NCBI GenBank assembly: GCA_030704615.1
Contig: CM060734.1
Coordinates: 19,840,001 to 19,904,000 of the forward strand
Reading direction: 5' to 3'
Origin: Takakia lepidozioides
Lineage: Eukaryota; Plantae; Bryophyta
DNA length: 64,000 nucleotides
Part shown: piece by piece, positions 1-12,672 of the stretch
How positions within the stretch are numbered: the stretch's first letter is position 1
Layout of the letters: every line of letters begins with the position of its first letter
The notes under the pieces: model-generated
The model's input: only the letters and a program-made list of their open reading frames with translations
What the model was told of the DNA's origin: nothing
Database searches by the model: none
Program-made: the position numbers and the translations under genes

Positions 1-3000
1 ACTCCTCCACAATCGAAACAATTATATGATGGCAGTCTTTTATGTCTTTGCCGAGCCAAGGGACGCTCCAGCAAGAATGCAGATACTCCACTAGCCTTTC
101 CCGTGGCCCGTCCCAATGTGTCATCATACGAGACCACGTTGAGGCTGGCAGAAGAGCAACAGTACTTGAGTACTTGTCTTCAACCGTCTTCTCATAGAAA
201 CGACACCAGAGCTCCAGCATTCTATCTGTGCACTCCGACTCCACCGTCTCAAGTGGCTTCAAGTCCGGAGGCCCGATGGAGCACTCATACTGGGGGTCGC
301 CTTCATAAAAGTGAACCATGCAATTGCTGGCCGCGACATTCCGTCGCAGGGCCGCGGCAAAACGAGAACCCAACCTGCACACAGACCACAACCTTGTGTG
401 AAAACCCATGTACGCAACGGTCTGAGCGGACTGACTCCATTCAACAGACTGCCCATACCGAGCGGATTGAGTGGACTCGCTAGACTCACCAGACCGAGCG
501 GACTGAGCAGACTCACACTTCTGAGCAGACTGGAGTGACCAAACTCAGCAGACTGGGAGGACTACTCACTGATGCATTTCTCGCTGAAGAACCACTTCCT
601 TGTCCGTATCCAATGCCATTTCGCGGTCCTTGTTCATGAAGATAGCGGACTTGCCTTTCTTCGCAGGTTTCTTGGCAACAGAACCCTCCCAAATTTCCTG
701 AGTCTGCTCCACGACAGTCCGCTTCTTCACTCTACTTGTGCCCAGGGATTCGGCGACTACTGTGGCCGGGTTCGATTCAGCAAACTGACGAAGTGATGCA
801 GTCCTGCTTCGCAAGACGACTGTGTCTGCAAGCTTGTTCACACTTGCAGACCTGTATTGGCAGCCTCACGAGTCGCATGCGTTGAACTAATCCGTGCATC
901 TGTTGGCGTTGTAAGTAAGCCACCTTTTCTGGTTGTGGAGCCAACAACATTGGCGGGTTGTGGAATTGCCTAGGAGGGAAACGGTGTCCTCAAGTCCTGT
1001 AGGTACAAGAGATCCTGTCAATACACAAAAATTGAATATAAATCTGAAATCACAGAGGTGGAAGACGGCAGGGCACAACCTATATGGCGTCATTGGAAGG
1101 AAGCGACTGGGCAAACTGCTCCCTTGCTTGAACGTCAGTCTGTCTGTGCTGCTCAGAGCGGTTAGCCTGGTGCTCAGTCTGCTGTCGAGTCTGGTGGACA
1201 CTCTCGTGTGCGGGGGGAACGGCGTGTTGGCCCTTAGTCTGTCCATGTTCGGCATCGGTCTGGCCAGTCTGGTGCTTAGTCTGCTCGCCGCTCTGGTCAG
1301 TCTGGTGGACAATCTCGTGGGCGGGGCGAACGGCATGTTGGCCCTCCTTCAGAGGATCATGTTCAGCATGAGTCTGCTGCTCACTGTCCTCAGTCTGGTC
1401 AGTCTGCTGCTCAGTCTGCTTTTTGCTCTGGTCAGTCTGCTGTTCAGCCTGGTGGTCACTCTCGTGGTCGGTCTGTTCTTGTAGGGATGAGATCAATCTA
1501 TCAACTTGCAAGTCAACTGTGTCTTCAGGGTCTGATGCAGAAAAAGCTTGACTACCGCCGACATCTAAATTATCCGCGGCAACTACATCGTCTAGTTCTT
1601 CAGTAAGGTCAATGATACGGGGTTGAGTTCCCATATTGCGATCAATCACGTAACAATCATCTATAGCTTTCGCAAGCGAACGAACCAAAACCGGGCTGAG
1701 CTGAATGGAAATAGTTGGCAGGCCATGGGTCACTGGAGAAGAATGGTTTACCGGTGCCCGGCTTATATCCTCAAACGATGCGCCAATATGTGAAGATGGC
1801 CCAGCGGGAAAAGAAGACTCCGTCAATGCACTGATAGAACTCCGCACAAATTCAGAGACAGGGTCCCGTTGAGGCCAGTGCAGCCGACTCTGTTCAACGA
1901 GCTAGGATCCAGACTGGTGGACAGGAAGTGTAGTTGGGACCTCCGAGTCAGTGTGGTCGTGAATCTGCTGGACAGTCTGCAGGGCACTGTCATTGTGGTG
2001 ACTGCTTTCAGTATGCTGGACGGTCTGCTCAATGGTATGCTGCACAGTTTGCTGGTGCACAACCAGGTCATCCGTCTGCAGCCCGGTCTGCTCATTGGTA
2101 TGCTGGACGGTCTGCTTGACAGCGACGTCATCGGTATGCTACACGGTCTGGTGCAGAGGCAGTCCTTCAGTCTGCTCGCCGGTCTGCTCATGAGTCTCCT
2201 CGTCCTCGGTGTGGCCTGTAGTGCGCCCACTCTCCTGGACAGTGGCTGGGATAGTGTTGACAGTCTGCCATGCTCTTTTTGTTGCAGTGGGTCAATCTGC
2301 TGAGCAATGGCATCATTAGCAGTCTGCTGAACGGTGTCATGGAGTCCCTGTAACGCCAGCACAACATCTCGTGCACCTCTGGCAAGGGAATCGAAATCAC
2401 ATTGCACGTGCTCGTCTAAATTGGACATTCCTGAAACAAATGAGTTGGACAAAGTGAGTGTGACAGGATGGTGGAAGAAAAGACCATGAACTTCACAACG
2501 GTCCAGAAGAAGTCAGCATTACTTTCTAGGAGGTTGCCAATGAGACCAATATCTTGGATTTGGCGTCCCAAGCATGCTCCATCGAGATGGCGAATCGCTG
2601 GCATGCGGTTTTCAAATGGGGAGCTGCACCAGAGGATTTTGAATACATCCGGTCTGTTCAACACAATATTGATCACTGCTCACTCCATTACCGCAGCAAA
2701 CCATTGCAACGCCTCATCCACAACATTCTTCTTACCCGCATCCGAATCTGAATGAAACAAATACTTCCTCAAACTTTGCAGGTCCTTTACCAATTTACTA
2801 TAATGAACAGAAATTGCCAAACTGCATCCATCGATGGTGAAGGAAAGAATTAGCAATGCGATCAAAGTACTCTTCAGTAATTCCAAGCAAGTGCTTTCCC
2901 CGCACCCCAAAGGTGGGATGTGCCATGGGCATATGTCTGAGTTCCTGAGGCCGTGGGTCATCCATGAGGATTAATTGGACAAGCAGTGGCGGGGCATTTT

Positions 3001-4950
3001 GGACCTTCATGGCTGCCAGGGCCACATAATGTGCGCTTTCGAGGACTTCATTCGCTTCTGCCATAGTAAATTCCATGGAATAATGAAAGGGAACAAAAGG
3101 CCACCAGCCGCCCGTGACAATGCGATGGAGCTCATTATACCAATCCACATTGGCATTGACTTCCTCCACCCTCAGACGGGCAAGTGTCAGGTCCACAGCT
3201 TCGGGATCAATGAGTGGCAATGGCGAGCGCCAAACTCCAAAAAGTCCCGTGGTGGTCGTGACAATGAGAGTCTGCTGGCTGGGAGTCCGCTGGACAACAG
3301 TGTGGTGGATGGGCGTCTTCTGGGTGGCAGTCTGCGGGCTGGGAGTCTGCAAAGCAGTCTGCTGGATGAGAGTATGTTGGACGAGAGTCTGGTACATGGG
3401 AGTGTGCTGGAAAAGACTGTGCTGACTGTGAGTCTGGTGGGAAAGAGTCTGCTGGATGCCAGATTGGGTGAGGTCTGTGTCCACCGAGTCTGCAGTGAGT
3501 ATGGTGTTGACCGGGGAGTTGGTGCGTGCTTTGTCTGCAGAGTCCAGTGCTGCTATGGCGTCTGCTGAGCCAGGGTACTTAAACAAGATGTACTCCCGCA
3601 CCCGCTCCACTTCCCGACGCACCGCATTCACTACTAAAGGAGGGTCGGAGCTCACCGTCCGCCAAGCACACAAGGCCTCCCAAATACTGGCTCGTTCATC
3701 CTGGTATATGACAGAAAACCCAAAAACTCAGCATCGGACTCACTAGCAGCAGACTCACGAGCAGACTCATGAGCAGACTCACCAGCATCATGGCACAGAA
3801 CAAAGGAACCAGCGGACTACAGGGACTGACGAGCAAGTCCACAAGCAGACTGACGCAGCAGACTGAGCAAGTAGACTGAACCAACAGATTCTATGACAAC
3901 AGACACCAACTGTGGGGACAGACTGGGCATTACCTCGTCATCGTCGTCGACATAGACGTCCTCCTCATCTTCAAGGGAGCTCAACCAATTTTCCTCCGCT
4001 GCTCGGATGGTTCTGCTGAGCTATCCGGACTGGGCGAAACTGTAGAAAAAACGGAAGAAGTCTGGATCGTCCACTGGTGGGCACACCGATGGGAGAAGCC
4101 CAAATGGTATGAGGCGCAATGTGCCAGGATAGACTCCACTGGTAGTCTCTTTCGACTAGACTTCGTCCACGTGAACCCTCGACTGGTCAGGCAAGACAAT
4201 GTCGACGGGAGATGAGACACCTCCCAGACCTGCGAATTCATCATTCCGAATGATGTCTGCAGACGGCTTAGCAGATTGGCTCTCACTCGAAGTACTGATG
4301 GTTTGCGTCTGCTGCGTAGACCGTCTCCCTGGCACAGCCCGTGACACTTCCCGACTGCCTTGGGGACGAGTCTGCTGTTGAGATTTCGCCCTCGCCTCCC
4401 GAGCAGACCTTGCAGCCTTTTCTCTTTCCTTTTTCTGGGCCCCATCACTAAGTTTCCTTTTTCTGGGAGCCATAGGCGATGGCGATGTCAGGTCATGCAT
4501 ATCTTGCATTGAAACATCCGAACCCACCCCATACCGTGCGCGCACCTCCCCCAAAGTGCGGGCCTTTGGGTTTGCGCCACGGAGTCTGGCGGTGGCCGCA
4601 TTCACCACCCTCATTGAACTTTGAACTGGCCACGGCTTGAAGCCAGGTGGGATATAGCGCTTGTTTTTGCAACCCGTGCCAACACAATGGCGGTTTAGCT
4701 GCACTTTGTCCTTCATAATTTCACTATAGAAGGGACAGTGGAGCTTATCCTTCTGCCAGTTGGAGTCTGCAGGCTTGATTGCGCGGAGGTCTAAGAATGC
4801 TTCGACTATTTTCGCAGCATACTCCTCACGTGAGTACCAGTACCTTCGCTCCTTTAGCCTGGACTTGTGCATGAAATGCAACCAGTCTGCTCCACCCTTT
4901 GCACAAGCATCCTCCATGGCTGCAGAATCAGACAAGAGATGCAGCGGCAA
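1..4950 (-). pseudogene. Degenerate multi-exon transposon-associated gene ending in a Ulp1/C48 SUMO-protease-like domain; runs off the window at position 1
   Basis: My translation of 374->1 (not in the ORF track because it has no stop in the window): ...YECSIGPPDLKPLETVESECTDRMLELWCRFYEK...VALLPASTWSRMM...KDIKDCHHIIVSIVEE. This follows the Ulp1 pattern 'i..eDl..L....wl.D.vi..y...' and '..ifiPi...HW'. A GTGAGT..TGCAG intron (569-375) joins it in frame to ORF 566-841. Upstream ORFs (1080-1847, 2416-2676, 2798-3673, 4156-4950) lie on the same strand, with stops and frameshifts between them. Catalytic His/Cys would lie beyond the window edge. Confidence 0.55.
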
Positions 4951-5299
4951 TGAGCGACAGACAGACTAAGAATAAGAAAATAGAGAAGAGCGGAAAAGAG
5001 AATGGAAAGAAACCAAAGCACAAAGCACAAAGAGGAAAGCTCACCGGGCAACAGGCGACGGTTGTTGCGACGATTCGGTGCTCACGCGACTGTCCGCGCC
5101 TCGAAAACCTAACACGCACAAAGGAAAGCGGGCTCGCACCAATGGGAGGTGGACGGGCCCTAAACGAAACAGTGCGAAAGAAGTCCAGCGGGAAGTGGAC
5201 CCTGCATGTGCGGAGTGACGTGGCGAGATTTCACTGGCGCCCTTTTTTGGCCGCCATCGCATTAAATAGTTGCAGACCCCTCACACGTGCTGGCGGTAT

Positions 5300-6270
5300 G
5301 CCACTGCACGGACAGCCCAGCAGACGGGATGAGTGGACTATCGTCAGTCTGCCGTCGTCGCATTCATTAAGTCCAGCAGACTTACTCCTGATGACAAAGA
5401 CGGCCGAGCAGACCTAATACCATCCACAACAGACTCATATGCCACCGCAAGGACAGACTGACGACTGAGGTTAAGCGGACTGACAAAGAGACTAAGGCGA
5501 GTGCGGATTTTGGTGTAGAGTCTGATGACGTGCCGCGACGTGACTGGGCTCCTTACTGCCGTCGCTGCATTTATTGCGTCCAGCAGACTTAAACCTAATG
5601 ACATAACGGCCGAACAGACCCACAGCAAACAAACTTGCGCAACAACAAACTCGTATGCCACTGCACGGACAGTCCAGCAGACGGAAGGCTCAACAGACTG
5701 ACGAAGAGACTGGCGCAGAGTAATTTGCGCGACAACAGACTGATTTCTAACAGACTAATATCCCAAAAGACAAAGTATCCCCTAGGCGGCCGGGTGATAC
5801 GGGAGTAAACTGTAAACCGCGTCCAGCAGACTTACACGTGATAATAATCACGGCTCAACAGACCCAGCGCAAACAACTTGCGCCACAGTAGACTGTCTTT
5901 GTGACAGTCTAGCTGACTGATATCAGAAGAGACGGACAGACCAGCAGTCCGACGGCTCAGCAGACTCACGACAATGCGGATAATTAAAATGTAGTAGTTA
6001 AACGGACTCATATCCGAAGAGACGGACTTCCAGCTGACCAACGGTTCAACAGATTGACAAGAGAAGAGACTTCGGGGATAAGACGAGAGAAGACATTTCG
6101 GAATTCGGCAGGCAGTGACGGCCCAGTAGTCCAGTGAAGAACAGACTCACGCCACACCATACTTGTATCCTTACAGACCAACAGTCCAGTAGACCAGACT
6201 GATATCCCATTAGAACCACGCTTGGCGTCGCCGTCATGCCGTGGTTGCATTTCATCCGTCTAGCAGACTT
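5300..6270. repeat. Degenerate ~210-240 bp direct repeats built on GTCCAGCAGACTT cores
   Basis: gtccagcagactt recurs near 5371, 5578 and 5821 (gtctagcagactt near 6258) with similar flanks (acggccga.cagacc, tatgccactgcacggacag). Confidence 0.6.
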
Positions 6271-8194
6271 GTATATGCCCATACTCATGGCACAACGCAC
6301 TGCTTAGAGAAAGTACTGACAAAGACGCAGTCGAAGAGCCTGTTGATCCACGCGCATTTGCAGTCGTAAGGACCTCGAACATCCACAAGCAACGTGAATC
6401 CACATCTCTCGTGAATCCACATCTCTCAGGCTACGTCTCCTTTCCCATTGTCCAGTTTTCAAGGAGACGGTAGTGGTTGAGATGTGATGTTTCAGGAGGT
6501 GCATCTGGATGTTTGAGGACCTTCGGACTGGATCCTGTTCTGTTCACACTCTCCGCAGTTCCCAGACATGTGGTGGCAGAGACGTCCTCCCCTGAACAGT
6601 ATCATCGGTGGACATAAATTCTGCAATGTATACACGCCCCCACGTGCATATGCTTCCGCGATTTCCGCTATCGTGTTACCAATGGTTTCATGCTCCATAC
6701 GAAGGAGCTCGGACTCGGAGACACACCACAAACCGTAAACGCATGCAATTTTTCCACATATCGTCCTAAAAAATAAGCACGTCAGCACAAAACGAAGGCG
6801 AAAATAGTGGAAGTATATGCACGATGGTGGCTGTAGAGCCCCGCCAGCCCTCTCATGTTCAGGCATACCCTTCATCGTCATTAAAATCGCCATAAACAAG
6901 AACAACAGCCGCATGCGTGCAAAGTCACCTCCGCAACATTGGACAACAAAGAGCCGCAAGAACGAGACAACAAGAACGAGTGGGCGAGTTCGTGGCAGGG
7001 TGTTACGATCTTCCATGCCCTAAACATGGATGGCGCGGATGGGTTTCTCAGAATAGACGATCCAGATCCTTCGGCCGGCGCGCATTGGCAGACTGGGGGC
7101 AGCAGACGGGCACAACGGACTGGCGTGATTTAAAAGAGTGACGAGGGCAAGACTGTTAAGTTAATAGACTTTTTATTTGGGGACCTTGGTTGGTAGTACG
7201 GCAGACTGGCGGTTTGGCGGACTGAGGGGAACTGGACTCACGGGCAGCGGATTGGCGGGCGGACTGGGGGCGCGGCGGAGTGCGGGCGGGGCTGGTGGGG
7301 CCGCGGCAGCAAGTGGGCGACCGCGCGCAGCCGCCCGGGGGGGGGGGGGGGGAGAGCCGGGCGTCCGTGCGCGGGGCCCACCGATGAGCTCGCGTGCGCC
7401 ATAACGTCCCAATTATTGTAAAATGAGAGGCAACCATGAATCACCAATATTACATATTGATCCAAACAATTAAGTTTAGTTCATTTATTAACTTTGATTT
7501 TTTATATTTTTAATTTTGGCTTATTTTATTCGCTGAGGCCTATCCCCGAAAAGGGGCAGTAGCCGCAAGGCGAAGTGGCTTTTACTTACGACGGCTTCAT
7601 CCGGAGTCTTCTCTCTCTCTTCGCTGAGGCCTAGGCGGCTCAAGTTGCCCACCCGAGTGGCTGAAACTGCTGACCTAAGCTGCTCAAGTGTTGGGCACTT
7701 GAGTAGGTGAAGTTGTTGACCTAAGCGGCTCAAGTGACTAAAGTTACCAACCTGAGCAGCTCAAGTTGCCAACTTCAATTTTTTATTTTATTTATTTAAA
7801 TTTAAATTTATGAACTGTTTTTGTTTGAGTTATATGTTGTATGGTTCAATTTTGTACTTTACAAAGTGGAATTTCAAACCTGATTTCGTTTGTAATTTGC
7901 CGATTCGGGTTTTAATGTTGATCTTATGTTCAGTTTTAAATTTCAACTAATATTTTAGATTTTCTTTTATGTCATGTTCTTAATGAAATGATATTTAGTT
8001 TATTCGTGTTCTTTTTTGGTTTTATTTTGTTCAGTTATGTTTTACATTTCAATACTCGTCCAACTTTATTGGTTCCAATGGTTTTAGTGTTTCAATGTCA
8101 ACTAGATTTTTATATTTTTAGATGTTTATTTTTATTTCTATCATAAACCGTAGAAAATGAATTTGAAAGCTCAATTGTGGGTACTAAATAGTGT

Positions 8195-8440
8195 TGGCCG
8201 GTTAACCGACTGGACCCCAATTAACTGCCGGTTCCGGTTTCGGTTGCGTTTATAAGGAACCGGACCGGAATCTTACCGACTCCTACAGAACCGGACCTGG
8301 AACTGAAACAGGCCGATAGGGATCAGCGCAGAACGGGAACTGCAGGTTCCTGCTGCTTGGAGTCACACTTGCGAGAGTTGGCTATTGGGGATAAGAAGAG
8401 GTTCCAATTCCGGTTCTTGGATCTTCCCAAAACCCTTGGT
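8195..8440. mobile_element. Probable DNA-transposon (hAT-like) end remnant
   Basis: Clustered AACCGG/CCGGTT motifs in both orientations ending in caaaaccct, typical of hAT subterminal repeats. No partner end found in the window. Confidence 0.35.
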
Positions 8441-8964
8441 GGGCACTTGGCATAACATGGCGTAACCCCTAGGGTATGTTGGCCTATGACCGTTCAAATA
8501 ACGATGGTGAAAAATCTAGCGGTGAATTTTTGGGCATTTCAATCTCAGGTAAATTTCATAAGGTGTCCCACATAAGGGGCAACCTACAAACTTGGAACTA
8601 TTTGATTTCATGAATCCTACACAAAATTGTAGGGTTTCAAAGTCGAACCAATTAGAATGCTTGTATACACCAAGAGCCCTAAGACCATCACACTTTTTGG
8701 GGGTTATATCAAATGATTGTTTGCCAAGCGACAAAAATGGACAGTCTTGGGACCAGCACTGCATGGTCATAGGTACTAACAGAAGCGTTAATGGGGTGTT
8801 CGGTCATAGACGCCTGTTGGGTCATAGGCCCACTTGGTGGACACCCATGGCAATTACCTCTTTAATTTTCTCAAGCTCTATGAGATCCTAGGTGCAATCC
8901 TTCAGTGCCATGAGATCCTGGGTTCAACCTTCAGCGGCGCCTTAGATCATGGGTTCAATCTTCT

Positions 8965-9790
8965 GAACGCTACCCACATTCACAATTTTCCCTTTCCCTT
9001 GAGCAGCCATGTACAGCGTCACTGTCTGGATAATACCGGACCTGTAAAACCACCATTTCACGACTGTTATAGTCCTGCTATTCACTCTCTACGAGAGTCG
9101 AATTGCATTGAAATTGCTTCGCAGACATAGAGCTCCCCTGGAAGGCCCCCAAGCTACTTGAACAATGGACACCGCAGACGTCCTACCTTGAAAAGTAGAA
9201 CTAAATCTCTTCACAAACGGGAAAGTTGTTGTTTCATCAATCGCTGGGGATAAGTGTTCGAGTGACATTCGAGTGAGAGGTCATCAGCTTGTAGTGGTGG
9301 ATATATGACATGTGCCAGTAAAATGTATATTTGATGCAGTGTCCGATGAGATCAGTGGATTGCGATCCCACGACCAAACGGAGGCATTCATGAAAGGTAG
9401 GAAAGTCTGGATATTTGTACACATGCAGTCTATGTTAAGTCTTCGTCTACACAGAATTTCAGTGACTCTGAGATGTAAGGTGATTACATCATAAGATTCC
9501 CGTACGTATTCCTTGTGTGTGTGATCTAGAGCGAGAGATCATACCGAAGAGGTTGGTCTCGAATGTCCTCTCCATGAGATATAAGCGAACTTCTGGTGCC
9601 ACAACAGCCATGCCAGCATTGTCGACAAGAATGTTAAGGCGTCAAATTTTGAAATGACGCTCGCCACAGCCTCTTTAACATGGTCGCCAGGTAGTACCCT
9701 ATTTCCCCCTCCGAGCAGCCCGTGATGAGCACCACTCTATCTCTCCTCCCTGTTATCCCAGGTCCACCTCCCACCCTTGCCTTTACAACC
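8965..9790 (-). pseudogene. Truncated short-chain dehydrogenase/reductase (SDR) pseudogene
   Basis: Three collinear fragments: RVVLITGCSEGEIG (9738-9698, Rossmann TGxxxGIG), ILVDNAG...RTFETNLFG (~9632-9543, NNAG motif) and YMAAQGKGKIVNVGSV (~9015-8965). A stop follows and no YxxxK catalytic motif is seen. Confidence 0.75.
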
Positions 9791-9842
9791 CCTATACAAT
9801 ATGCACACAGTATGTCACACCTCCTGAAACCCAACAAGCACC

Positions 9843-9848
<6 letters not shown>

Positions 9849-9878
<30 letters not shown>
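9849..9878. repeat. (GA)n microsatellite
   Basis: Uninterrupted GA run. Confidence 0.95.
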
Positions 9879-9882
<4 letters not shown>

Positions 9883-10178
9883 TGTATATATGTACATAAA
9901 TCTTCCACAAGAATCGACCACACAGGCAAAGCATCCGAGGCACAGCAGACACGAAGACAAACATTGCCCCCGCGAGATCGTGCTGGCGATCTCGAGTTCC
10001 CACGAGATCGTGCGGGCGAAACTGGCTTAATTTCGTGGCTATACTATCTGCAAGAAAAAATCAGATAATAATAAATGACAATGATAGTATACTGTTAGTA
10101 TCGGGTCTTCTCTCTCCTGACGCCAACCGAAACTACAGTCTCGTTTTGTGAGGGGGGGGTCTGTGGAAGTCGGTAGCT

Positions 10179-12672
10179 ATGGCGAAGACTTACTCGTCGG
10201 GAGGCGCTGCCTTGGTCTTTCTTTTGGCTGCGTTACTACCATATTCGGCTTCTGGGAGTTGGAGTGTTTGTGGTGGGTCTCCTTTCTTTGATGTTGGACT
10301 GTTCCGGTATGGAGTGCTATTTGGGTCTAGAAGAGACTTGCTAGTCAAATGATTGATCAAAGTGGTACAATGTTCCACGGGAACGTGCAAGTATGCCTCA
10401 GGAACTAGTGGAGGAAATTCTTGAGAGCTCAAAGTGGTGGCTTAGTTTGAAAACTGATTGAATTAGGTCAACCCACCAGAATACTCGATAAATATTGAAA
10501 CGAGGAGACAGTCGAAGCCTTTCTCTCTGTGGTTGTAGTGGGTTTCCTTGAATGTGACCCTTGGGCACTTTGAATTCGCGCGGACGTTATAACTCTCTGT
10601 CTGGATCTCTCTGCCCTGTATCTCTTGTAGTATTACTGAATGTGTAGCCATTCACAAAGCCACAATCCCCCAATTTTATTGCGTCGGCTGTGTGCGCACG
10701 GCCTGACGAATTCGGGATCCCTGGTAGTCCGAAATCCGATAACCTGCTCTGGGAGGGTAGTTTCCCGCGGGGACTATGCCCGGAAATGATATGTCATAGC
10801 CAAATTTTGCAGGGAAATTTGGATTAGTACATCGCTTTCTCCCTACAGCTAGTCACACCGGCAGCCATAAAATCAATTGCACTGTCCTAGATCTGTCTTC
10901 CTCTCTGTAACGAGTAGTCTCTGGATGAAGTGGAATTGTGAGGCCGTAGTCATGGCAGGTCGGTTGGCTAATAAACCATTCTTGAAGGTTATCTACTGGG
11001 GGCTAGGAGTTTTGTGAGCTGGTCAAAGTTGTCATTGAAGTCATAGTACTTACCATTATGTCTGAGATGCAATCATGAAGTGGGAAAGAAGGTCTGCACT
11101 CTTTAGGGCACTGAAGAGTTGTTGCTGGGTAGTGTGGTAGAAAGTTCAGTCTTATTATGGTGTCTTGCCCTCATGCCCTTTCAGGAGCTTCAGAGAAGTG
11201 TAAACTGTCATTATCCAGTTTCTTTGCACATTTGAAGGACAGTATTCCTTGAAAAGCTCCCAATCAATACAGTGAGTTGGATGGTCTTGCTTTGAAGACA
11301 ATTCCACTCACTTCACCAAGAATCCAAGTTGAAGTCTACTAAGTTTGAAGAGTTGGCATGGGTGCAGACAAGAAGATCAAATATCCAGTGACTGTGAAGG
11401 ATGTGATTATTAGTCCTGACCCCGTTGTCAGTGGGGTTGATGCAACTTTCATCGTTCCTGCCATAAGCGGTAAGTTTTGTTTCCAATTTATTTCCTGGAG
11501 CTTTGCTTTGAAGCTAGAAGTTGAGTGTACATTATCTGAATTTGGCCAATACTGTTGGAAGCAGGAGTACATGGCTATTTTACTATTGTACTGTCTGGCA
11601 TAATGACAATGCCAACCTTGGAATCAAGACTTGATCCCCTGTAGTCTCTGCAAATGGTCGAAGGCTAATTTTGGACTAAGTCATACCCTGCTGGGTGTAA
11701 GTACACCTTCTTTCCCTTTCCTTTACACTGGTTTGTTGTTCTTTTCCTGTTGGCTCACACAGATCAGGAAATTACTGGGGGAACTCTGGTTGTTACTGTG
11801 TCGTTTCACGGCCTCCCTGTGCACGTTGAGCATGATGACCTCTGCTCCAAAACAACCTGCCCTATTAGTCCAGGTCAATTCTTATTGACAAATACTCAGG
11901 GTCTGCCTGGCTACACACCTCCTGTAAGTATCTACAACGTTTGCTTCCAGTATTTCAACTCTCAAAGAAAAGTTGTTTGTTCAGAGTACTATCCATTTTT
12001 GTAGGTTTTCAAAATGACATTGTTGATGGTACTCTTTTGTTCCTCAGGGGTCAACCTGTCTAGACTCTTTGGATGAATGAATGTATACCAGAGATAATTG
12101 ATCTTAGAAGCAGTCATGTTGTTAAACTATACATTCTGCAGGCTCACCATGATTGGCAGCTGATTTGGAACCCTAGATTTCACAGCCTCAGAAATACAGC
12201 GTCAGTCTGAGGTTGTTGCAAAAATGTGTTTGCCTGGACTGCAGCGCCCAGGAGCATTGATCTTATTTCATGTCTAAGCAACTCTCCTCATTTCTCTCTC
12301 CTCTGCCAAGTCTGCCGTTGTCTTTCACTCAAGTGATGAAGAAGGAGAGCTGTTGCTTGTGGTTCTCCCATGGCACCAGATGGCCTATGTTATGAATTCA
12401 CTGATGTGGTAACCTTGACATGAGTCCAGCCGTTATGGTCTTAATTGCCCGGTACTTAGTGATAATGTGGAATTGATGGTATCTTGGTGCAGGGGTCCTA
12501 TAAGATCAAGCTGCAGTTCTTGGACGACGACGATAAGGTGCTGGCTTGTGCCAACATCAACTTCAAGATTGTGTGGGGCGTTGGCATGGAGGAAGAGATG
12601 TTACAGAGCTTCAACCCAATTATCATGCACAAGAAAGTGAGTCATGAGCAGGCCCAGGTGGCACACACTTAG
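10179..12672 (+). CDS. ML-domain (MD-2-related lipid recognition, NPC2-like) secreted protein, ~178 aa, 4 exons
   Basis: Exons 10179-10272, 11368-11469, 11763-11923 and 12493-12672, all GT-AG and in frame. Signal peptide MAKTYSSGGAALVFLLAALLPYSASG, then WSVCD..YPVTVKDVIISPDPV..., DLCSKTTCPISPG, LPGYTPPGSYKIKL, LACANINF: the plant ML-domain signature with four Cys. Confidence 0.92.

Noticed and set aside
887-2303. Leu/Ser-rich 'membrane protein' ORFs (933-1484, 1869-2303) and overlapping frames
   Set aside because: Antisense or alternate-frame readings of the AGTCTG/CAGACT repeat tracts.
7400-7440. Helitron 5' end or LTR/PBS at the right edge of the left element
   Set aside because: The minus-strand TC is preceded by C rather than A, no recognisable tRNA primer-binding site, and no gag/pol or Rep/helicase seen.
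8471-8846. Possible small MITE (ggcctatgacc / ggtcataggcc inverted pair)
   Set aside because: Only about 11 bp of inverted match and no TSD found.
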